Under the pieces are notes generated by a model. It was given only the letters and a program-made list of their open reading frames with translations, made no database searches and was not told where the DNA came from. A DNA stretch of 64,000 nt. It comes from Paragordius varius. Lineage: Eukaryota > Animalia > Nematomorpha. Position 1 is the first letter of the stretch. The number at the start of each line of letters is the position of its first letter. Positions 50,229 through 62,500 of the stretch are shown piece after piece. A program made the position numbers and the translations under genes. The stretch covers positions 10,292,001 through 10,356,000 of the forward strand of contig OZ176050.1 of NCBI GenBank assembly GCA_964247055.1, in the 5' to 3' direction.

Positions 50229-53200
50229 GAGCCAATCAAATAACTTTAAAAATAATCTTACAAAAAATGTAAAATAGGATATTAAAAATAATAAACATAT
50301 ATACTTTGGCAGTAAGTTCGATAAAGGTTGTTAAGTTGCGGTGATCTAATACTGCTAAAAATAAGGGTTTGCCTGTAAAACTTTGATTGATCATTCAAAA
50401 AGTATTCTCTAATCCGGGAAAAATCTGTATCATGACTCTTTAGGGGTCGTTTATTAATTTCGTTCATTATGCTCTATTTTACGTAAATTATATAAACCTA
50501 TATATAATTCTAAAATTTAATTTATGTTATAAAACAAGAAATATTGGAGCTAAAATGCGCGTATTAAAGCTTTGTGAACTTAGTTATAGAGATTTTCAAT
50601 AAATAATGTCATTGCTCAAATTTTTAGGTTAAAAGGGGTGTCCAACACGCGGCTTGCATGCGGACCCCCAAGACTTTCATGCAACCAGTGAAAATTTAAA
50701 AATCTATAATTTGAAAAAATATGCTCAGAAAAAAATCTTGGCAAAATTGATAATCTTAAACAATATTTCCAAACAAGTCTATCTATCCTATTGGCAAGTA
50801 GTAGAAATTTTTTTTATATTGTGTTTGCATTTTACAGTTTATTTTTGAAATCAACTAAATTATTTATGAGTGCCCATATATATATATATATATAGCGGCC
50901 CTCGAAGCCATTTGTGTATCCCTAGTTACACTATATAATAATTCCATAGAAACCGTTGGTTTCAATATTATTATTTTTTAAACAAATAATTTATTTAATT
51001 TTATTAAATTTAAAATTCATAAAAAAATTTGAACCATTAATATTTGTTAAATTATTGCAGTTATTAATCGGATTTTATGGCAATTCTTTTTGGTTGCTAA
51101 AAATCCAAAATCATCCTGTTTGACAACATGGTTGCGTAAATCAATCATTAATAAAATATATATGTACTATTAAATGGCTCCAATTTTGCATTAGAAAAAC
51201 ATCCGCTTGATCGATGATTAAAATGTCAATGGATGAAAGAAAATCAAAATTTTCATTCAGTGTTTCTTTTTCATCGATTTCATCTTCTTCTAAGTAACTA
51301 AAACACAAATTTTATGTAAAAACAGTTAATGTTTCTTCTTAAACATAATTTTTTTGCATTTCAAAGTCACCTTAAACCGTTTCACATTTTAAAACATTTT
51401 ATTTGCACCCTTCAAAAAGATTTCGTGCTTTTGAGAAATACAGCACGAGATTAATTATTAGATAGTATGTTAAAATATTTTTAGAGACATCGATTGTAAC
51501 GTGATTGGTTATAGTGATTTTGATATGCATAGTTTACCTTATATGAAATAAAATATAAAATTCACCTATCTTTTATATTTTGGTAATAAATGTTTTATAA
51601 TTTAATAAATAATGGAAAAACTTAAAAAACACAAATTAGACCAATAAATTTATTTGATTGTGAATTTAGTCAAAAAAATATTTAAAAGGTTATTTATAAT
51701 TAGGGTGTTCAATTGTTTAAAGGCGATGAAGTAGAGATGCGTGAATAATAGTATTAATGGTATAATTGTTATATAAAATAAAATTTAGCGTTTACTTTTT
51801 TAAAAAACAAAATAGTGTCACCAAAAAAATTAATTATAATTATTATAAATGTTAAAAAAGAAACTTATATAAAATATTATTTACCCTCTATTAACGTCTT
51901 CCATATGTTCTGAGCTAACCACCGTTTTCGTTTTTAAACCCAAAGTTTTAAGTCCCAAAGGTGATGTTATGATAATGTCAGATTTGTAAAATTCCGTGTA
52001 TAATTTAAGTGATTTTTTGGATAAACTTATGCCAATCTTGAAACAATCTTCGACATTGCCTTCAAATAATTCTTTTCGTGCATCTAAAATAAAAATAATT
52101 TTCATTCCTGAAATCCTGATTTTTAATATTATATATATATAGAATGACGATAATCAGTGGTGGGCTGTTTTTGCATATATTTTTTCATATTTATAATCTG
52201 AAATACCATTGTTTAGCTTATTTAAGTCAGTCAAAAATCACTAAGCTATAAATACATTTTTGGTCCGTTTGTACGTTTTAGAGAGCTTGAATTTTTAAAA
52301 AAGATGAGCTCTTAGAATCCAAAAATATTTGGAAGTCAAACGCCATATAAGAGAAATAAATGCAAAAACGACGAAAATAGGCCAATAAAGTAAAACGCTC
52401 AAAATTATATCATCAGACAAAAAATTACAAGATTTTTGTACAACAATCCTTTTTTAAAAAAAATATTTAAAAATTTAATCTACATGCTTTAATAAGGGCA
52501 TAATAACCAAATTTACCTGCAATATTATGAAAAGTTTAGCTAAACTAATTATAATTTTGATATAATTAATTTAGAGCTTTATAATAACGATATACTTAAA
52601 TTAATTACCATAAAGAATAATTTAAAATAATATTTTTAATTTATAAATATACGGAAGTTTTGGGATTATTTTTCAAGCAATTTTTTAATCAAATTTATTA
52701 AAACTTTCTTGTTTTAACTTATTAAGTATCTAACATGCGAAAATTATAAGAGTTTAATTTTAGGCCCTTAACAGTTCATATTTGAATTTAAAATCTCGGT
52801 AAACCTCAATTATTCAGATATTTAAAAAAAGGAATAACAATTTAACACAGGATGCATTAATTTTATAAAATAATCCAAGAACCGTAACAAAATAACACAT
52901 TTTTAAAATAAAAACAAACTTGTTGGAAATTTTACATGGGTATCATCTTGTGAGGGACCATATTCCTGGAAAAAGCGAACTTTATTTGAAACCATATTCT
53001 ACATAAAATTATTTTTGAAAGAAAACCTTTTTTGTTAGAGTATTGGCTAAAAGTAGTATCATAAAATTAACTATTTTAAATGCTGAATTCTTAAATGGAA
53101 CGAGTATAAGTATCCGTGGCTTGGTAAAACCTTTATCTCTCACACTATGAAGTAATTAAAAATATATACTCGCCAGTCTCCTTTTTATCTAGCTGTTTAT

Positions 53201-53870
53201 TATTCTTAATAATAGATTTTCTAAGTGAGAGTGAATGATTTAAGACATGTAGAATATACATTTCTTTAATTTCATCGGAATTTTCGAAATTTCGGTTTGG
53301 AAAAAATACATCTTTATATGAATAAAACAAAGAAAAGAGATCATGTTGCAAATTGGTTAATGAAAGTAATTTTTCAGTTATTTGATTTTCTTCATACCCG
53401 GAAATATAGCGATAATTTTTCAGAATAGTTTTGTCAATCTATGTTTAAAATCATTGTACTTTTGCATTATTTATATCAACCTTACCAAAGTTTTTGGTGG
53501 ATACAGAATTAATATTTAATATATATCCGTTTGAGCGTTTAATTATCTTTTTTGTTTGGTTATTTTTTATGCATGCTTCCTCAGTTTGAAGTAAAGCATG
53601 GTCAAAATGTTTTTCAAAAAAACTCATGCGCTATTTTTTGAGAAAGGAATTTCAGATGATATATTTTATTTATGTAGTGCAGTAAGTATACATCCCTTAT
53701 ATTTATTACATAATGGAAATTAGTATAAAAATTTAATTGCTTAAGTTTCCAACTTGGTTTCTAATTTATCCCAGAGTAAACCCTAAACAACCAAATAAAA
53801 TATATTAAATTTATTAGATAAATATATTATTATTTTCATGGTCCTTTTAGCTTACCTCTGTACCAGTCAT
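46123..53870 (-). CDS. UTP25: U3 snoRNA-associated protein 25 (DEF/DIEXF); start position tentative
   Basis: Minus-strand exons: [14 protein letters not shown]...YILHVLNH; [21 protein letters not shown]; [12 protein letters not shown]...[14 protein letters not shown]; [24 protein letters not shown]; DFSRIR...YRQTL; [17 protein letters not shown]; [13 protein letters not shown]; last exon ...[12 protein letters not shown] ending at 46123. The junctions near 47400-47645 are unresolved. Confidence 0.93.
46796..47019. mobile_element. TA-flanked MITE whose termini (TACCATTT...) resemble those of the 22.5-25.0 kb Tc1-like element
   Basis: TA|TACCATTTACAATTTAAATTCACC and GGATGAATTTGAATTGTAAATAGTA|TA, within a UTP25 intron. 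Confidence 0.6.
50153..50224. repeat. (TA)n microsatellite in a UTP25 intron
   Basis: TA run seen directly. Confidence 0.95.
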
Positions 53871-54144
53871 TAAAGAATAGTTAAACTTCTATGCTAATTA
53901 TTCTATATAGATAAATCCCAAAATAAACGCTCATTTGCCAAAAAAGTTTTTTGTGAAAGCTATATTATATCCAATAAATATTATTAACAATTCATTTTAG
54001 GGTAATTTTATATCTCAAAGTTAATTTCATTATCTTAAAAAGTATTTAATTAGGCCGTATTCAAAAATATGTTTTTTAGATTTTTAGGCGCATAATAGAA
54101 AATCCTCATTTCAAAATTTTTTGCCGTCTTTCTTTTTTACATTA

Positions 54145-56146
54145 TTAGCTGGCCCTGTCACGCTTCGTTGTGACGTAGTCTCACCGATAATAATTCATAA
54201 GTTGCAATAAATAGAGGTAATGGAGATAAAAAATAATAAAAAACATATCCAATAAAAAAATATCTTTAATTATTCGTTTACGGGTTTTTGCATAGGTTCA
54301 CATATTGTTTACTCGAAATTGACCATATTTAAACACTCCCCTAAAAAAATTAATATTCATCTATCATTGGGATTATCTTAAGATTTTCGTTTAACGAAAT
54401 CATGGTTAAATTGTGTTCACACAGCTGGGAGGGATATAAAAGTTAATCATTTGTGGTTCCTTTTTAAAGGAAAGAATATTATACAAATTCCCCAAAAATG
54501 TGTTTAACTGAACTTGTATGGCTTCTTAAGTTTTTTAAAAATTAGCTCCAAAATAACGCCATTTTTATATGGGTCTCAGTTCTAAACCGGTAAACCCCTA
54601 CCCATAAACCTATATAGAAAAGCGCTGTAAATTCTTTGCCTTTATATGGCAAATATTTGGCATTATCTTTGATACCATCGTCTCATTGGTTATTCGAAAA
54701 AATACCTCAACACTAAATAATCGTTATATGATGGCGTGTTTTTAGTTATAAAGGCCCCAATTTAACGGCTAATAAAAAAACGCCTTAATTTTTATTTAGT
54801 TACGGGTAATGTTTCAAGCTTTTAATGAGCTCCTATAACATCATAAATTTTTTATAAACTAGCTACAAAACCACGCAAATTTTATATAGTGGCGCAGTTT
54901 TTGACGGGTAGGTCGGCAGGTATAAAAAGCGTTGGGCAAATTTTTATATGGGGAATATCTGGAATTATCATGGATTCCATATGTTCCTATTAGTCTCATA
55001 GGTTTTCTAAAATTTGCTTCCAAAGTCATACTGTATCGATATGGTGGCGCAATTGCTGGCGGGTAGCCCACGCCAATATAAAAAAGACGTTCGATAAAAA
55101 TGTTTGCATTTATAGGGGAATATCTGGAATCATCATTCATTCCTTGCTTAATAGTTTTTGGGAGAATGGCTTCAAAACTAAATAATTCAATGATAGCGCA
55201 TTTTTAGGGCGTGAAGGGGCCTAATTAACGGCTAATTGAAAAAAACCGCTCGACTTAAATTTTTGCCTTTTCGCGGGTAATATTTTAGGTCCTTATTAAA
55301 TTTATATGGCCTGATATGTTTTCTGACTCCTAAACAATGCAATTTCGATATGATGGCGCAGTTTTAGGCGGGTAGCTTCCTACCCATTGGCTGATACAAA
55401 AAAAGCGCTTGATTAAAATTTTTGCCTTTTTACAGAGAATACTTGGAATCATGATTGATTCCATATCTCATTAGATTTTGGAAAAATTGCCTCAAAATTA
55501 AAAAATCATTCTATAGTGGCGCATTTTTCAGGGCGGGGGCCTAATTAACGGCTAATTTTAAAAAGCATACTCCGCCTTGTTACGGGTAACATTTTAAGCA
55601 TCTATTGTACTCATAAGGGCTGATACGTTTTCTTAAAATTAGCCCCAAAGGCACGCTATTTTGATATGACAGGGCAGTTTTTAGCGGGCATCTCCTTACC
55701 CAGCAGCCAATATAAAACAAACGATTTTGCCTTTTAACAGGGACTGGAACCTCATTGAATTATAACAGTCTCATACCCTGGGCAAAAGATTATTTAGTTT
55801 TTTTTTGAAAATATGGTTTCGGAGGGAGCGGGTAAAAAGAGAGCCTAAATTAAAAAAGTAACCCGGCCATATTCGGCGCAATCAAAAAAAGTAAAAAAAA
55901 TCATATTTGAAATCGACCAACACATTTTCAGGAAAATTGTCTAAAAGACACGATTTTTGTGGACGTCTGTTTTAAAAAAATCCGTTTTTCACGGGGTGGG
56001 CCCGAAGTGGGGGCCTAAGTCAAAAAAGGGTGAAACTATTGTCTGGGTTTCATAATAAGATTTTTTTTAACTTTTGGATTTGAATGGGTCGACCCGTTTT
56101 CCGGAAACAGATTACAAAGCCGCATTTTCCATTTTTATAATGTAGA
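54145..56146 (-). mobile_element. Non-autonomous Helitron, family A (~2 kb)
   Basis: On the minus strand the 5' end is A|TCTACATTATAAAAATGGAAAATGC and the 3' end is the GTCACAACGAAGCGTGAC hairpin followed by AGGGCCAGCTAA|T. It is homologous to 36486-38062. Confidence 0.8.
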
Positions 56147-56516
56147 TTATATATCGCTAATATAATAGAATAAATGTATATTATGGTTATAAAATGTAAA
56201 GAAACAATTTTAGTAAGCTTTGTGGTTACATTTTACCTGAAAAAAACTTGATATTTATTGATTTCAAAATCAGCAGTTCCGTTCACTCGTATTTTGGAGA
56301 TGTCTCAATTTCAAACTCTATAAGTCACAAAACTGTAAAAAAAGCTTCTCTATCCAATACATGAGAACAATGTTTGTTAATTATATTTTAACTAAAATAT
56401 AATTAAAACAGTAGTTTATCTACAAAACTGAATGGGATCTGGCATATAAATTTTTCCAAACTGTCATCGCGGACAAAAAAGAAAAAAGGTCATGAAGTGT
56501 TAAAAAATATAAAAAA

Positions 56517-59500
56517 CTAGCGTAAATCTCGTGCTGGTACGCAGCCCGAGGAAGTCCTTCGGACTTCTGGGGGGGGGGGGGGGGGGGGGGGGGTTATTTG
56601 AAAAAAGGGACAATAAAATGATCTACATATGTGGATTATTTCGAAACATTATTTAATAGCTATGATCTCATAGGAATCTTAAAACGGTGCATTCATACTA
56701 ATTTATTGTTTACTTGGGGGAAAAATAGATGTAAAAAATTATTTTTGTGGACTTTGTTTTTTGAAAAAATGGCATTTTACAGGGGGAGCGGGTAAAAAGA
56801 GGGCAAATCAAAAAAGTGAGTGGAGTGTGTTCAGCGCGATCAAAAATAAGTAAACAAAAATCATATTTGAAATTGAATGGTCCAACACGCTCTCTAAAAA
56901 ATTGACTTAACCCATTTTTCAAACGGGGTGGGCCCGAACTGGGGGCCTAATTCTAAAAAAGGGCGAAGCTATTGTCGGGGCATTTATTAATGATTATATT
57001 TTTTCGATATTTGGATTTGATTGCGTTCACCGGTTTTCCGGAAACAGATCACAAAGTTACATGAGAAATCAGTTTTTCGCGGGTAGCTCCTTACCCAGCA
57101 GCTATCATCAAAGAAACGCTTGACTAAAATTTTTGCCTTTTAACAGGGAATACGTGGAATCCATATTGAATTTTTACGGTCTCATACCTTGGTCGAAAAA
57201 TAGATTTAAAAAAATATTTTTGTGGACTTTGTTATTTGAAAAAGGTGGCATTTTACGGGGGGAGCGAGTAAAAAGAGGGCCTAAATCAAAAAAGCGAGAC
57301 GACTATGTTCGGCGCAATCGAAAATAACTAAATAAAAATCATATTTAAAATTGAATGGTCCAACACGTTCTCCGGAAAATTGCAAAGACACGATTTTTGT
57401 AGACTTCTGTTTTCAAAAAAAAACCGTTTTTCATACGGGGTGGGCCCGAACTGGGGGCCTATTTCAAAAAAAGGGCGAAGCTATTGTCGGGGCATTCATT
57501 AATGATTATATTTTTTCGATGTTTGGATTTGAATGGGTCTACCGGATTTCCTGTACCAGATCACAAAGCCAGCATTTTCCATTTTTATAAATATATAGAT
57601 TACCATAAATAATGTATTAATATCCATATATCTTTTAACATCCTATATATGATAGATACTCCTTACTCAGCAGCTATCAAAGAAACGCTTGACTAAAATT
57701 TTTGCCTTTTAACAAGGAATATGTAGAATTCTTAATGAATTTTTACGGTCTCATACCTTGGTCGAAAAATAGATTTAAAAAAATATTTTGGGGACTTTGT
57801 TTTTTGAAAAAAATGGCATTTTACGGGGGGAGCGGGTAAAAAGAAGGCCTAAATCAAAAAAGTGACTCGACTATGTTCGGCGCTATCGAAATTAACTAAA
57901 TAAAAATCATATTTAAAATTGAATGGTCCAACACGTTCTCCGGAAAATTGCAAAGACACGATTTTTGTAGACTTCTGTTTTCAAAAAAAAACCGTTTTTC
58001 ATACGGGGTGGGCCCGAACTGGGGGCCTATTTCAAAAAAGGGCGAAGCTATTGTCGGGGCATTCATTAATGATTATATTTTTTCGATGTTTGGATTTGAA
58101 TGGGTCTACCGGATTTCCTGTAACAGATCACAAAGCCAGCATTTTCCATTTTTATAAATATATAGATTACCATAAATAATGTATTAATATCCATATATCT
58201 TTTAACATCCTATATATGATAGATACTCCTTACTCAGCAGCTATCAAAGAAACGCTTGACTAAAATTTTTGCCTTTTAACAAGGAATATGTAGAATTCTT
58301 AATGAATTTTTACGGTCTCATACCTTGGTCGAAAAATAGATTTAAAAAAATATTTTTGGGGACTTTGTTTTTTGAAAAAAATGGCATTTTACGGGGGGAG
58401 CGGGTAAAAAGAAGGCCTAAATCAAAAAAGTGACTCGACTATGTTCGGCGCTATCGAAATTAACTAAATAAAAATCATATTTAAAATTGAATGGTCCAAC
58501 ACGTTCTCCGGAAAATTGTCTCAAAGACACGATTTTTGTAGACTTCTGTTTTCAAAAAAACCCGTTTTTCATACGGGGTGGGCCCGAACTGGGGGCCTAT
58601 TTTAAAAAAAGGGCGAAGCTATTGTCGGTGCATTCATTAATGATTATATTTTTTCGATGTTTGGATTTGAATGGGTCTACCGGATTTCCTGTACCAGATC
58701 ACAAAGCCAGCATTTTCCATTTTTATAAATATATAGATTACCATAAATAATGTATTAATATCCATATATCTTTTAACATCCTATATATGATAGATACTCC
58801 TTACTCAGCAGCTATCAAAGAAACGCTTGACTAAAATTTTTGCCTTTTAACAAGGAATATGTAGAATTCTTAATGAATTTTTACGGTCTCATACCTTGGT
58901 CGAAAAATAGATTTAAAAAAATATTTTTGGGGACTTTGTTTTTTGAAAAAAATGGCATTTTACGGGGGGAGCGGGTAAAAAGAAGGCCTAAATCAAAAAA
59001 GTGACTCGACTATGTTCGGCGCTATCGAAATTAAGTAAACAAAAATCATATTTGAAATTGAATGGTCCAACACGTTCTCCGGAAAATTGTCTCAAAGACA
59101 CGATTTTTGTAGACTTCTGTTTTCAAAAAAACCCGTTTTTCATACGGGGTGGGCCCGAACTGGGGGCCTATTTTAAAAAAAGGGCGAAGCTATTGTCGGT
59201 GCATTCATTAATGATTATATTTTTTCGATGTTTGGATTTGAATGGGTCTACCGGATTTCCTGTACCAGATCACAAAGCCAGCATTTTCCATTTTTATAAA
59301 TATATAGATTACCATAAATAATGTATTAATATCCATATATCTTTTAACATCCTATATATGATAGATACTCCTTACTCAGCAGCTATCAAAGATTGACTAA
59401 AATTTTTGCCTTTTAACAGGGAATATGTAGAATTCTTAATGAATTTTTACGGTCTCATATCTTGGTCGAAAAAAGATTTAAAAAACTATTTTTGGGGACT

Positions 59501-62500
59501 TTGTTTTTTGAAAAAAATGGCATTTTACGGGGGGAGCGGGTAAAAAGAGGGCCTAAATCAAAAAAGTGACTCGACTATGTTCGGCGCAATCGAAATTAAG
59601 TAAACAAAAATCATATTTGAAATTGAATGGTCCAACACGTTCTCCGGAAAATTGTCTCAAAGACACGATTTTTGTAGACTTCTGTTTTCAAAAAAACCCG
59701 TTTTTCATACGGGGTGGGCCCGAACTGGGGGCCTATTTTAAAAAAAGGGCGAAGCTATTGTCGGTGCATTCATTAATGATTATATTTTTTCGATGTTTGG
59801 ATTTGAATGGGTCTACCGGATTTCCTGTACCAGATCACAAAGCCAGCATTTTCCATTTTTATAAATATATAGATTACCATAAATAATGTATTAATATCCA
59901 TATATCTTTTAACATCCTATATATGATAGATACTCCTTACTCAGCAGCTATCAAAGATTGACTAAAATTTTTGCCTTTTAACAGGGAATATGTAGAATTC
60001 TTAATGAATTTTTACGGTCTCATATCTTGGTCGAAAAAAGATTTAAAAAACTATTTTTGGGGACTTTGTTTTTTGAAAAAAATGGCATTTTACGGGGGGA
60101 GCGGGTAAAAAGAGGGCCTAAATCAAAAAAGTGACTCGACTATGTTCGGCGCAATCGAAATTAAGTAAACAAAAATCATATTTGAAATTGAATGGTCCAA
60201 CACGTTCTCCGGAAAATTGTCTCAAAGACACGATTTTTGTAGACTTCTGTTTTCAAAAAAAAAACCGTTTTTCATACGGGGTGGGCCCGAACTGGGGGCC
60301 TATTTCAAAAAAAGGGCGAAGCTATTGTCGGGGCATTTATTAAAGATTATATTTTTTCGATGTTTGGATTTGAATGAGTCTACCGGATTTCCTGTACCAG
60401 ATCACAAAGCCAGCATTTTCCATTTTTATAAATATATAGATTACCATAAATAATGTATTAATATCCATATATCTTTTAACATCCTATATATGATAGATAC
60501 TCCTTACTCAGCAGCTATCAAAGATTGACTAAAATTTTTGCCTTTTAACAGGGAATATGTAGAATTCTTAATGAATTTTTACGGTCTCATATCTTGGTCG
60601 AAAAAAGATTTAAAAAAATATTTTTGGGGACTTTGTTTTTTGAAAAAAATGGCATTTTACGGGGGGAGCGGGTAAAAAGAGGGCCTAAATCAAAAAAGTG
60701 ACTCGACTATGTTCGGCGCAATCGAAATTAAGTAAACAAAAATCATATTTGAAATAGAATGGTCCAACACGTTCTCCGGAAAATTGTCTCAAAGACACGA
60801 TTTTTGTAGACTTCTGTTTTCAAAAAAAAAACCGTTTTTCATACGGGGTGGGCCCGAACTGGGGGCCTATTTCAAAAAAAGGGCGAAGCTATTGTCGGGG
60901 CATTTATTAAAGATTATATTTTTTCGATGTTTGGATTTGAATGAGTCTACCGGATTTCCTGTACCAGATCACAAAGCCAGCATTTTCCATTTTTATAAAT
61001 ATATAGATTACCATAAATAATGTATTAATATCCATATATCTTTTAACATCCTATATATGATAGATACTCCTTACTCAGCAGCTATCAAAGATTGACTAAA
61101 ATTTTTGCCTTTTAACAAGGAATATGTAGAATTCTTAATGAATTTTTACGGTCTCATACCTTGGTCGAAAAATAGATTTAAAAAAATATTTTTGGGGACT
61201 TTGTTTTTTGAAAAAAATGGCATTTTACGGGGGGAGCGGGTAAAAAGAAGGCCTAAATCAAAAAAGTGACTCGACTATGTTCGGCGCTATCGAAATTAAG
61301 TAAACAAAAATCATATTTGAAATTGAATGGTCCAACACGTTCTCCGGAAAATTGTCTCAAAGACACGATTTTTGTAGACTTCTGTTTTCAAAAAAACCCG
61401 TTTTTCATACGGGGTGGGCCCGAACTGGGGGCCTATTTTAAAAAAAGGGCGAAGCTATTGTCGGTGCATTCATTAATGATTATATTTTTTCGATGTTTGG
61501 ATTTGAATGGGTCTACCGGATTTCCTGTACCAGATCACAAAGCCAGCATTTTCCATTTTTATAAATATATAGATTACCATAAATAATGTATTAATATCCA
61601 TATATCTTTTAACATCCTATATATGATAGATACTCCTTACTAGGCAGCTATCAAAGATTGACTAAAATTTTTGCCTTTTAACAGGGAATATGTAGAATTC
61701 TTAATGAATTTTTACGGTCTCATATCTTGGTCGAAAAAAGATTTAAAAAACTATTTTTGGGGACTTTGTTTTTTGAAAAAAATGGCATTTTACGGGGGGA
61801 GCGGGTAAAAAGAGGGCCTAAATCAAAAAAGTGACTCGACTATGTTCGGCGCAATCGAAATTAAGTAAACAAAAATCATATTTGAAATTGAATGGTCCAA
61901 CACGTTCTCCGGAAAATTGTCTCAAAGACACGATTTTTGTAGACTTCTGTTTTCAAAAAAACCCGTTTTTCATACGGGGTGGGCCCGAACTGGGGGCCTA
62001 TTTTAAAAAAAGGGCGAAGCTATTGTCGGTGCATTCATTAATGATTATATTTTTTCGATGTTTGGATTTGAATGGGTCTACCGGATTTCCTGTACCAGAT
62101 CACAAAGCCAGCATTTTCCATTTTTATAAATATATAGATTACCATAAATAATGTATTAATATCCATATATCTTTTAACATCCTATATATGATAGATACTC
62201 CTTACTCAGCAGCTATCAAAGATTGACTAAAATTTTTGCCTTTTAACAGGGAATATGTAGAATTCTTAATGAATTTTTACGGTCTCATATCTTGGTCGAA
62301 AAAAGATTTAAAAAACTATTTTTGGGGACTTTGTTTTTTGAAAAAAATGGCATTTTACGGGGGGAGCGGGTAAAAAGAGGGCCTAAATCAAAAAAGTGAC
62401 TCGACTATGTTCGGCGCAATCGAAATTAAGTAAACAAAAATCATATTTGAAATTGAATGGTCCAACACGTTCTCCGGAAAATTGTCTCAAAGACACGATT

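Noticed and set aside
53600-53900. Apparent loss of the long acidic N-terminus of UTP25 (protein seems to start MTGTE|RMSFFEKHF)
   Set aside because: The frame is open upstream of the ATG back to a possible acceptor, so further 5' exons cannot be excluded without transcripts.
56569-56594. Long poly-G run next to the Helitron 3' end (possible G-quadruplex)
   Set aside because: The homologous copy at ~40666 has only a short G run, so this is probably slippage or a homopolymer-length artifact.
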